From Candidatus Omnitrophota bacterium (GTDB lineage: Bacteria > Omnitrophota > Gorgyraeia > Zapsychrales > Zapsychraceae): a stretch of 62,933 nt of DNA. This document shows positions 45,836-53,900 of the stretch, one piece after another. The position numbers were made by a program, and so were the translations under genes. The stretch is taken from positions 1 to 62,933 of the forward strand of contig JAIORP010000115.1 of assembly GCA_021108075.1 (NCBI GenBank), written 5' to 3'. Below the pieces are notes generated by a model. It had not been told where the DNA came from. It saw only the letters and a program-made list of their open reading frames with translations, and made no database searches. The first letter of the stretch is position 1, and each line of letters starts with the position of its first letter.

Positions 45836-47632
45836 ATGAAAAATTATTTAAAAATGTTGAGTTGCCTTAAGAGCTACAAGGCTTTCTTTGTCTTGGCGGT
45901 CATCATCATGTTTTTCGGCAGTTTTTTGGAGGTGTTTCAAATCGGCCTTTTTGTTCCGCTCGTGGACGTTATGTTTACGCAAAACAAGATTCAGATTCCA
46001 AATCAGAATTTGCCGGCCGTTGTCTATAATCTTGTTGATTATCTGAATAGTTTAGATCCAAAGACGTCTTTTATTCCTTTCCTTGCTTTTGTCATGCTGA
46101 TGATTTTATTTAAGAATTTTCTTGTTTGGAGTTATTCTTTAGTGATGAGTGAGATTTCTCAGAGGGTCATGCGCGATATTCGTTACCGCCTTTATCAAAA
46201 AATCCAGAACCTTTCTTTGGATTATTTTAGTGAAAAAAGAACGGGCGAACTCGTTTCCCGGATCACTTATGATGCCAATCTGATTGAGAATGCTGTTTCT
46301 TATGGCTTAATTGATTTGATTCGTCAACCATTTGTTATTCTCATATGCATTGTCACCGCCTTTTCCATTTATCCTTTTGGCGCAATGATCATTTTTTTCC
46401 TGTTTCCTTTTCTTGGCATTCCGATCACGAGCATCGGCAAGAAACTCAAGAAGATTTCGCAAGGCACGCAGGAAAAGATGGCGGACATCAACGCTCATTT
46501 GCTGGAAACAATTTCCGGGATTAAGTTGGTCAAAGCCTTTTGTATGGAAGAAAGCGAGGTCCAACGATTTCACAGCCAAAATTTTCAACTATATAAACTC
46601 AAGATGAAGTCCGTTAAAAGACTGATTCTTATTTCACCGATTACAGAGTTGTTTGCTTGTGTTTGTGCGATTGCCATTATATGGCTTTTAGGGCAGAGAG
46701 TGATGGCCAGAGAATTATCTTTTGGTGTTTTCTCATTGTTTTTGGGATCCATTATGACGATAATCAGCCCCATTAAGAAGCTGGGCAATGCCAATGCCCT
46801 TATCCAACAAGCCCTTTCGGCGCATGAAAGGATTTATGAGGTTCTTGATCAGAAAGCGACGGTATGTGAACCCGATCAGCCAAAGGAATTAGAGGAATTA
46901 CAGACATCCATCGTTTTAAAGGACATTCATTTTGAATATAGTCAAGAGTCGGGAATTGTTTTGGATAATGTTAACCTTGAAGTCAAGAAAGGTGAATTGG
47001 TTGCGATTGTTGGCCCGACAGGAACAGGGAAATCCACATTGGTTAACTTGATTCCGCGTTTTTATGACCCGAGTCAGGGAGAGGTAATTTTTGATGGGGT
47101 CAATGTGAATCAAGTCAGTTTTAAGTCATTGCGGGATCAAATGGGGATCGTCACGCAGGAAACGATTTTGTTTAATGACACCGTCAAGGCGAATATTTGT
47201 TATGGCTGCCCTGACGCGTCACAAGAAGAAATGGAATCTGCGGCCAAAAGGGCTTATGCGCATGATTTTATTATGAAGATGCCCGAACAGTATAAGACGA
47301 TCATCGGAGATCGTGGTTTCCGTTTGTCCGGCGGGGAGAAACAGCGTATAGCTATTGCCCGGGCGATATTGAAGAATCCCCCGATATTAATTCTCGATGA
47401 AGCGACATCGCAGCTCGATTCTGCTTCTGAACAGATTGTTCAGGAAGCGTTAGATAAATTGATGAAAGGCCGGACCGTTGTGGCCATCGCCCATCGCTTG
47501 TCGACTGTCATTAAAGCCGACAAGATCGTCGTCATTGACCTTGGAAAGATTGTCGGGATAGATAAACATTCCCAATTGTTAAAGAATTGTCCGTTATACA
47601 AGAAATTGCATTCTGTGCAATTTCAAATGTGA
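45836..47632 (+). CDS. msbA: ABC transporter permease/ATPase, MsbA-like lipid A exporter
   Basis: Six-helix TMD, Walker A GPTGTGKST, signature LSGGEKQR and Walker B ILILDEAT. It lies divergent from the lipid A genes. Confidence 0.75.
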   Translation: MKNYLKMLSCLKSYKAFFVLAVIIMFFGSFLEVFQIGLFVPLVDVMFTQNKIQIPNQNLPAVVYNLVDYLNSLDPKTSFIPFLAFVMLMILFKNFLVWSYSLVMSEISQRVMRDIRYRLYQKIQNLSLDYFSEKRTGELVSRITYDANLIENAVSYGLIDLIRQPFVILICIVTAFSIYPFGAMIIFFLFPFLGIPITSIGKKLKKISQGTQEKMADINAHLLETISGIKLVKAFCMEESEVQRFHSQNFQLYKLKMKSVKRLILISPITELFACVCAIAIIWLLGQRVMARELSFGVFSLFLGSIMTIISPIKKLGNANALIQQALSAHERIYEVLDQKATVCEPDQPKELEELQTSIVLKDIHFEYSQESGIVLDNVNLEVKKGELVAIVGPTGTGKSTLVNLIPRFYDPSQGEVIFDGVNVNQVSFKSLRDQMGIVTQETILFNDTVKANICYGCPDASQEEMESAAKRAYAHDFIMKMPEQYKTIIGDRGFRLSGGEKQRIAIARAILKNPPILILDEATSQLDSASEQIVQEALDKLMKGRTVVAIAHRLSTVIKADKIVVIDLGKIVGIDKHSQLLKNCPLYKKLHSVQFQM

Positions 47633-47756
47633 TCGCAAGATAAGACCGGGGAGATTATTTAAGGGTTCCATATGTTTGAAGCTGTGGCAGTTAGCGACCA
47701 GTTGACTTATTAATAAATGTTACCCAATAGGGCGAGAAGATGCGACAAATTAATTG

Positions 47757-47785
47757 TTGCTAAATACTTTATTATTAGGTATACT
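47757..47785 (+). promoter_or_regulatory. Candidate promoter TTGCTA-17-TATACT upstream of rpsB
   Basis: ttgcta at 47757-47762, a 17-nt spacer, and tatact at 47780-47785. Confidence 0.4.
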
Positions 47786-47935
47786 ATCTGAATTATAATG
47801 GCCTGAAAGCAGTCCATTCTTCCCGGGAAAGTTATGGGATTAATATTTTTGTCTGTTTGGTCGCACTGTTAAGGCGTGAATATAATCCGGAATAAGAAAA
47901 ATTTTATTAAAGAATCAATTTATTACAGTGTTCCT

Positions 47936-47964
47936 CCTTTGGCTAATTAACCAAAGGCATTTTT
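47936..47964 (+). terminator. Intrinsic-terminator-like hairpin in the rpsB leader
   Basis: cctttgg-ctaattaa-ccaaagg followed by cattttt. The 5' flank ttcctcc is anti-SD-like. Confidence 0.45.
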
Positions 47965-48024
47965 GATAAGATGCTGATTAAGATGAACCGAGTATTAAAT
48001 TGAAACAAGTTGAAAGGAATGAAA

Positions 48025-48999
48025 ATGGTCGATGAATTGGTAAAGCAATTATTGGAAGCTGGTGTGCACTTCGGTCACCAAACAAGAAGATGGAACCCGA
48101 AGATGAAGAGGTTTATTTTTGGTGAACGCAGCGGGATCTATATTATTGATCTTCAAAAAACGTCCGAATACTTGAGAGCTGCTCAAGAATTTATCAAAGA
48201 CATCGCGGCTCAGGGCGGCAAGATCCTTTTTGTTGGGACTAAAAAGCAGGCGCAGCTTATTATAGAAGATGAAGCCAAGAAAGCTGAGATGTATTTTGTT
48301 AAGAATCGTTGGCTGGGTGGATTATTAACGAATTTTCAAACAGTCCGTAAATCGATTGATAAATTGAATAAGATCGAACAGATGAAGGCGGACGGCGTTT
48401 GGGATAATTTGAAGAAGAAAGAGGTTTCTACCCTTTCGAAGGAAAGAGATAAATTGCTTTTTAATCTTGGTGGAATTCGAGATATGAATGATTTACCCAG
48501 TATTGTTTTTATTGTTGACCCTAGAAAAGAAGAAATTGCTATTCGAGAAGCACGCAAATTGCATATTCCTATTGTCGCTATTCTTGATACTAATTGTGAT
48601 CCGGACATGGTCGATTATCCTATCCCTGGGAATGATGATGCCTTAAAGTCTATTCGTTTGATCACCTCTTTGATTACGAAAAGCATATTAGAGGGAAAGA
48701 ACGAATTTTTAACAGGTAAGAAGTCATCCGTTCAAGGTGAAGGTGATGAGGACTCTGGCGCTGTTGAGGGTTCTGGCACTGTTGAGGGCTCTGGCGCTGT
48801 TGAGGGTTCTGGTACTGTTGAGGACTCTGGCGCTGTTGAGGGTTCTGGCACTGTTGAGGACTCTGGCGCTGTCGAAAGCTCTGACGCTGTTGAAGAACCT
48901 GCCGCTTCAGTCGATCAGCCTAAAGAGAATTCCGTTGAGGTTGAAACAAAAGATGAGCCGAAGCCGGATGATAATGCTTCTCAACCTGACGCTCAATAA
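48025..48999 (+). CDS. rpsB: 30S ribosomal protein S2 with an acidic repeat tail
   Basis: [19 protein letters not shown]...[12 protein letters not shown]. aaagga lies 6 nt upstream of the ATG at 48025. The C-terminal tail has no counterpart in the conserved S2 core. Confidence 0.93.
   Translation: MVDELVKQLLEAGVHFGHQTRRWNPKMKRFIFGERSGIYIIDLQKTSEYLRAAQEFIKDIAAQGGKILFVGTKKQAQLIIEDEAKKAEMYFVKNRWLGGLLTNFQTVRKSIDKLNKIEQMKADGVWDNLKKKEVSTLSKERDKLLFNLGGIRDMNDLPSIVFIVDPRKEEIAIREARKLHIPIVAILDTNCDPDMVDYPIPGNDDALKSIRLITSLITKSILEGKNEFLTGKKSSVQGEGDEDSGAVEGSGTVEGSGAVEGSGTVEDSGAVEGSGTVEDSGAVESSDAVEEPAASVDQPKENSVEVETKDEPKPDDNASQPDAQ
48748..48894 (+). repeat. 18-nt in-frame tandem repeat (about 8 units, G[AT]VE[GD]S)
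   Basis: gaggactctggcgctgtt / gagggttctggcactgtt alternate in tandem. Confidence 0.85.
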
Positions 49000-49059
49000 T
49001 CATGGTTATAATAAGAATTTTTATAAAACAAACAAATACTCTTGAAAGGATAATGAAAG

Positions 49060-49587
49060 ATGGGTATTACCGCAAACGATATTAAACAATTACGTGAAAT
49101 GACATCCTGTGGCGTTATGGATTGTAAGAATGCATTGGAGAAAGCTGGCGGAGACAAGGAAAAAGCAAAGGAATTTCTTAAGAAGAGAGGTTTAGAATTA
49201 GCCGCCAAAAAAGGGAGCCGTCCCTGTGCCGAGGGTCGAATTGAAGCTTATATTCATGCTGGGGCAAAGTTAGGTGTGCTTGTCGAAATCAACTGCGAAA
49301 CAGATTTTGTCGCTCGCAGCGAAGAGTTTATCCAGTTTACAAAAGATGTGGCCATGCAAATTGCTGCAGCGAATCCAAAGTATGTTAAAAAAGAGGATAT
49401 TCCAGAAGGTGTCTTAGCCGAACAAAAGGATCCAGAAACGTTTATAAAAGAAAGTTGTTTGATGGAACAAGCTTTTATCAAAGATACAAAGATGACGATC
49501 CAGGATTGTTTGAATTCGATTATCGCCAAAGTCGGCGAAAATATGCTTATTAACCGATTTCTCAGATACAAAGTCAATGAAGTCTGA
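49060..49587 (+). CDS. tsf: Elongation factor Ts (short form, 175 aa)
   Basis: [32 protein letters not shown] and [17 protein letters not shown]. It overlaps the pyrH start by 11 nt. Confidence 0.9.
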   Translation: MGITANDIKQLREMTSCGVMDCKNALEKAGGDKEKAKEFLKKRGLELAAKKGSRPCAEGRIEAYIHAGAKLGVLVEINCETDFVARSEEFIQFTKDVAMQIAAANPKYVKKEDIPEGVLAEQKDPETFIKESCLMEQAFIKDTKMTIQDCLNSIIAKVGENMLINRFLRYKVNEV

Positions 49588-50305
49588 TAAAAAACCGATA
49601 TACAAACGTATTCTTTTGAAAATGAGCGGCGAGGCTTTGCTCGGTGTCCAGGAGCATGGCATTGATGCGGAAATTTGCGCCACATTTGCTCAACAAGTCA
49701 AAGAGGTTCGTTCTTTGGGCGTTAAGACGGCTATGGTTGTCGGCGGAGGAAATATTTTTCGTGGTCAGGTCGAATCAAAGCGTTTTGGTCTTGACCGTTC
49801 TGTCGCTGACTATATGGGTATGTTAGCAACCGTCTTGAATGGACTTGCTTTGCAAAATGCCCTTGAACAAATTGGAGTTCCCACACGTGTTATGACGGCT
49901 ATTGAAATGTCTGCTATCGCAGAACCGTATATTCGCCGCAGAGCCTTAAGGCATTTAGAGAAGGATCGTGTTGTTATTTTTGTGGCGGGCACGGGAAACC
50001 CTTACTTTACCACCGACACAGCGGCTGCTTTACGGGCGACTGAATTAGGAACGGATGTTATTCTAAAGGCCACAAAAGTCGACGGGGTGTATTCTGCCGA
50101 TCCCATCAAAGAGCCATCTGCAAAAAAATATCAATCTTTAAAATTCATTGATGTCCTGAATCAAAACTTGAAGGTTATGGATTCAACTGCGATCAGCATG
50201 TGCATGGACAACAATCTTCCTATTGTCGTATTTAATTTACTCAGGAAGGGAAATATCCGTAGAGTTGTTCTTGGCGAAAAAATAGGTACAATGGTTAAAT
50301 CCTAA
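49577..50305 (+). CDS. pyrH: UMP kinase
   Basis: [13 protein letters not shown]...[10 protein letters not shown]...[17 protein letters not shown]. Confidence 0.93.
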   Translation: MKSDKKPIYKRILLKMSGEALLGVQEHGIDAEICATFAQQVKEVRSLGVKTAMVVGGGNIFRGQVESKRFGLDRSVADYMGMLATVLNGLALQNALEQIGVPTRVMTAIEMSAIAEPYIRRRALRHLEKDRVVIFVAGTGNPYFTTDTAAALRATELGTDVILKATKVDGVYSADPIKEPSAKKYQSLKFIDVLNQNLKVMDSTAISMCMDNNLPIVVFNLLRKGNIRRVVLGEKIGTMVKS

Positions 50306-50346
50306 AGTTTGTCATTCATAAATTTTTCCCAACAAGGGGGTGTCGG

Positions 50347-50910
50347 ATGCCGATAAAAGAGATAATAAAAGATACTGAAAATAAGATGAAGAAAACGATT
50401 GAATCGGCTAAGCGTGAGTTTTCAGAAGTCCGAACAGGGAGAGCTCATCCTGGCCTGATTGAAGGATTGCATGCTGATTATTTTGGTGCGCCAACGATGA
50501 TCAAGCAATTGGCTTCAATTTCAATCCCTGATCCGAGAACAGTTTTTATTCAACCCTGGGACCCTAACGCCATTCAACCCATTGAGAAAGCCATTTCGAG
50601 TTCTAACCTCGGGATAATGCCGTCTAATGACGGTAAAATTATTCGTTTAAATATTCCGTCATTGTCGGAAGAGCGCCGTAAAGAATTGATTAAAGTTGTT
50701 AAAGACATGGCCGAACGGTCACGTGTTTCTTTGCGTACTGTTCGACGGGACTCAAATGATCAAGTTAAGAAGATGCTGCATGATAAGGCAGTGCCTGAGG
50801 ATGAAGGATATAAAGCTCAAGAAAATATCCAGAAGTTGACAGATAAATATATGAAAGAGATTGATCATTTGTTTGAAGAGAAGTCAAAAGTTTTGACAGA
50901 AATGAATTGA
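50347..50910 (+). CDS. frr: Ribosome recycling factor
   Basis: RTGRAHPGL...IQPWD...IRLNIPSLSEERRKELIK..K...E..RV.LR..RRD. Confidence 0.93.
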   Translation: MPIKEIIKDTENKMKKTIESAKREFSEVRTGRAHPGLIEGLHADYFGAPTMIKQLASISIPDPRTVFIQPWDPNAIQPIEKAISSSNLGIMPSNDGKIIRLNIPSLSEERRKELIKVVKDMAERSRVSLRTVRRDSNDQVKKMLHDKAVPEDEGYKAQENIQKLTDKYMKEIDHLFEEKSKVLTEMN

Positions 50911-51061
50911 AATTGACCATTCGAGAAGTGTTTTTTTGTCATAAATATTTGATAAAAATCAATTTAAATTATTTGTGTTTCTTTGAATTTTGTGTATACT
51001 TATAAATCTACATTTAGAGATATTTAAGTTTTTGTTCTTTGTGAATAGTGAGTTAAAGTTT

Positions 51062-51137
51062 GACCCACTAGCTCATCCGGTAGAGCACAGCCCTTTTAAG
51101 GCTGGTGTGCCCCGTTCGAGTCGGGGGTGGGTCACCA
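51062..51137 (+). tRNA. tRNA-Lys (anticodon TTT), CCA encoded
   Basis: Acceptor stem gacccac/gtgggtc, anticodon stem cagcc/ggctg with loop cTTTTaa, T-arm ccccg-ttcgagt-cgggg, then acca. Confidence 0.9.
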
Positions 51138-51143
51138 TATAAT

Positions 51144-51317
51144 GTGTCAAGTTTTAAGTGTTAAGTGTTGCTCCCCCATGCTTATTCGGACGCATCTTCT
51201 TGCTGATACCACAGCCAAAAGATTCGACCCGCAGTTATTTTAACGGAACAGGTCGATGTAGCATTTCTGCACGTTTGAGCATATAAAAGTGCAAGCTTAA
51301 CGCTTAAAACTTAACAC
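51144..51317 (+). ncRNA. Candidate structured RNA or palindrome-bounded element between two tRNAs
   Basis: The closing helix pairs gtgt-c-aagttttaagtgttaag-tg-ttgc (51144-51171) with gcaa-g-cttaacgcttaaaactt-a-acac (51291-51317). It includes one T/G position that is a wobble pair only on the + strand. Confidence 0.35.
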
Positions 51318-51332
51318 CTTAAAGGCCTTCTA

Positions 51333-51414
51333 GGGCGGATGGCGAAATTGGTAGACGCGCTAGTCTTAGGAACTAGTGGGGTAACCCATGGAGGTTCAAG
51401 TCCTCTTCCGCCCA
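51333..51414 (+). tRNA. tRNA-Leu (anticodon TAG), no encoded CCA
   Basis: Acceptor stem gggcgga/tccgccc, anticodon stem ctagt/actag with loop ctTAGga, a long variable arm tggggtaacccatg, and T-loop ttcaagt. Confidence 0.88.
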
Positions 51415-51514
51415 TTCTTCTTTGCTGCAAAATTTTCATTTGGCGGCTACGCAGGAATGGGGGATAAGGAATCCTTTCGAAGCTCAAATGTGAAAAGTGT
51501 TGAGAGAAGAAGAA

Positions 51515-51528
51515 TCCTCTTCCGCCCA
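51515..51528 (+). repeat. Direct duplicate of the tRNA-Leu 3' end (tcctcttccgccca)
   Basis: The identical 14-mer occurs at 51401-51414 (in the tRNA) and at 51515-51528. Confidence 0.8.
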
Positions 51529-51643
51529 CTAGTTTTGTTTTTATATTCAATATTGTATCTTTTGTTTTTTTCATATAAAATACTGCATAGCGGTTTGATC
51601 CCTAAAGGACAAAACAACACTTATAAAAAAAATAAAAATTGAT

Positions 51644-51717
51644 GCGGCGGTAATTCAGTTGGCTAGAATGCCACCTTGCCAAGGTGGATGTCGTGGGTTC
51701 GAATCCCATCCGCCGCT
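51644..51717 (+). tRNA. tRNA-Gly (anticodon GCC)
   Basis: Acceptor stem gcggcgg/ccgccgc, anticodon stem ccacc/ggtgg with loop ttGCCaa, and T-loop ttcgaat. Confidence 0.9.
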
Positions 51718-51887
51718 TTTAATATTTTTAAGGATATCTTTCGGATGATATTCCTGATAAACAAAACATCACACTTCCCCAATGAAGAAACGGGTCTTCA
51801 TAATTACTTTAAAGAAAAATTTTTATATCACAGAAATTATAAGGTATTCCATGTTATGGGCATACCTATAAAAGGAGGCTTTTTTAA

Positions 51888-52364
51888 ATGAAGAGTAGCG
51901 ATTTTTTGTGCGAAGATGCTGTCAGCGCTGGTTTAAGTGCAACAACCAAACCACATGTGATTGAAGAATTAGTAACGTTGTTGGTTGATGCTGGTGCGTT
52001 GAATAAAAAAGATAAGAAGAAAATACTGGAAGTGCTGATGGCGCGTGAGGAATTAGGATCGACAGCCATTGGTCAGGGGATTGCTATTCCGCACGGCAAG
52101 TCTGATTGTGTTAATAAACTCGTCGGTGCGTTAGGGATCAGCAAAAAAGGGATTAACTTCGATTCTTTGGATGGCGAACCTTCGCATATCTTTTTTTTAC
52201 TTGTTGCACCGGTTGACTCAGCTGGGCCACACCTGAAAGCATTAGCTCGTATTTCTCGTCTCTTAAAAGATAAATTTATCAGAGACAGCTTAAAATCTGT
52301 TGAAAACGAAGAAGCGATACTGAAAATAATCCATCAAGAAGATGGCCGTTTATCAAAATTATAA
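51888..52364 (+). CDS. ptsN: PTS EIIA-type (PtsN/EIIA-Ntr-like) regulatory protein
   Basis: GSTAIGQGIAIPHGK (active-site His), FFLLVAP, and a strong SD aaaggagg. Confidence 0.85.
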   Translation: MKSSDFLCEDAVSAGLSATTKPHVIEELVTLLVDAGALNKKDKKKILEVLMAREELGSTAIGQGIAIPHGKSDCVNKLVGALGISKKGINFDSLDGEPSHIFFLLVAPVDSAGPHLKALARISRLLKDKFIRDSLKSVENEEAILKIIHQEDGRLSKL

Positions 52365-52366
52365 TC

Positions 52367-53608
52367 ATGCCCCACAATCCTTTTAAATGGTTATATCCTG
52401 GCATGAAGGTGAAGCGGTGGTTATTAGTCGCCATTATTGGTGTCTTAATTGTCATCGCAGGCGCAGTCATGACGACAAATGCGCATAAGTTTGTCCTTGT
52501 GTCAGGTTTTCTTTGGATTACTTGCGGTATTATCATCACCGTTCTTGGCGTAGGCAAAATGATTGTCTCTTTGTTAACTTTGTTTCTTCCTGAAGGCGAA
52601 AGAGATTTAGTCAATATACTTTATAAGAGAAGATATCTGGATCGTGGCCCAAAACTTGTAACCATCGGTGGTGGACATGGTCTTTCTCATTTAATTTTTG
52701 GTCTGAAAGAGTATACGTCGAATATCACAGCTATTGTCACAGTCGCTGACAGTGGCGGATCATCTGGCCGTTTACGTGAAGAGTTCAATATCGTCGCTCC
52801 GGGTGATATTCGTAATTGTCTTGTTGCCTTAGCGGATGCTCCGGCGTTGATGGGGGAATTATTTCAATTCCGTTTCTCAAAAGACTCTGAATTGAAAGGC
52901 CATAATTTTGGAAATTTATTTCTTACGGCCATGTATCAACTGACGGGTGGGGACTTCGAACGCGCTGTTAAGGAAACGAGCCAGGTCTTGGCTATTCGTG
53001 GTAAAGTTGTCCCGGCAACTGTGAGCAATGTTCATTTGGTTGCAGAATATGTTGATGGTACAATCACTCAAGGTGAAGCGGAGATACCGAATCCCAATAA
53101 TCGGATTAAACGGATTTATTTAACTGACTTGGAAGCTCATCCGACGAGAGACGCTTTACAGTCTATAGAGGAAGCAGATATTATTGTTCTCGGGCCGGGA
53201 AGTTTGTACACAAGTGTGATTCCGAACTTGATCGTTAAAGGGATGAGCGAAGCGATTGCAAAATCAACAGCGTTTAAGATTTATGTTTGTAATGTGATGA
53301 CTCAGCATGGCGAGACCGATGGTTTATCCGCGTCTGATCACATTCAGGCGTTAATAGATCATAGCAACAAACACATTATTGACGGTTGTTTGATTAATAA
53401 TGCCGAAGTTCCTGCCGAGGCGTTGAATCGATATGAACAGGAAAAGTCGTATCCGGTTAAGCCGGATGTTGAAAAAATTGAAAGCATGGGGTACAAAGTC
53501 GCTGCAACAGATTTGCTGGGTGTAACGGATTATGTTCGTCACGATTCGTCGAAGTTGAATAAAGAATTGATCAATTTAATTGAGACTCATCGTGTTATTA
53601 AGCGATAA
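52367..53608 (+). CDS. YvcK/CofD-like gluconeogenesis factor family protein with an N-terminal membrane extension
   Basis: LVTIGGGHGLSHLI...IVTVADSGGSSGRLREEF...PGDIRNC. It is preceded by about 85 aa with two hydrophobic helices. Confidence 0.85.
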   Translation: MPHNPFKWLYPGMKVKRWLLVAIIGVLIVIAGAVMTTNAHKFVLVSGFLWITCGIIITVLGVGKMIVSLLTLFLPEGERDLVNILYKRRYLDRGPKLVTIGGGHGLSHLIFGLKEYTSNITAIVTVADSGGSSGRLREEFNIVAPGDIRNCLVALADAPALMGELFQFRFSKDSELKGHNFGNLFLTAMYQLTGGDFERAVKETSQVLAIRGKVVPATVSNVHLVAEYVDGTITQGEAEIPNPNNRIKRIYLTDLEAHPTRDALQSIEEADIIVLGPGSLYTSVIPNLIVKGMSEAIAKSTAFKIYVCNVMTQHGETDGLSASDHIQALIDHSNKHIIDGCLINNAEVPAEALNRYEQEKSYPVKPDVEKIESMGYKVAATDLLGVTDYVRHDSSKLNKELINLIETHRVIKR

Positions 53609-53630
53609 AGGACAGGGAGGTCTGCCGATC

Positions 53631-53900
53631 GTGCCTGTGTTAGAAAAAGAAATTGTCGTTAAGAATTCTCAAGGGTTACACGCACGTCCAGCGGCTATGT
53701 TTGTCCAGATTGTTTCAAGATATGACTCAAACGTGACAATTATTAAGGATGGGGAAGAAGTAAACGGCAAATCAATAATGGGGATTCTGACATTAGGTGT
53801 TCAGCAGGGCACTGTTATTAAGTTAATCGTTAATGGTGAGGACGCCCAAGAAGTTTTGGATGAACTGGAGCAATTGTTAAGCAAAGAAGAGTTGATATGA
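53631..53900 (+). CDS. ptsH: Phosphocarrier protein HPr
   Basis: GLHARPA (His-15 context) and NGKSIMGI (Ser-46 context). The GTG at 53631 lies 10 nt after gggagg. The ORF is open from 53580 but that part overlaps the yvcK-like gene. Confidence 0.88.
   Translation: MPVLEKEIVVKNSQGLHARPAAMFVQIVSRYDSNVTIIKDGEEVNGKSIMGILTLGVQQGTVIKLIVNGEDAQEVLDELEQLLSKEELI

Noticed and set aside
48737-49045. A 102-aa ORF reading [18 protein letters not shown]...
   Set aside because: It is an alternate frame of the 18-nt tandem repeat in the rpsB tail, and it runs into the tsf upstream region. It is a repeat artefact.
49577-49587. The 11-nt overlap between tsf and pyrH, and the short (175-aa) EF-Ts, considered as a possible frameshift or truncation.
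   Set aside because: Both ORFs are intact with their conserved N- and C-terminal motifs. Short EF-Ts forms exist, and small overlaps are normal translational coupling.
51311-51891. ORFs at 51311-51574 (-), 51388-51642 (+) and 51676-51891 (+).
   Set aside because: They overlap the tRNA-Leu and tRNA-Gly genes and the spacers between them, so they are reading-frame noise in an RNA gene cluster.
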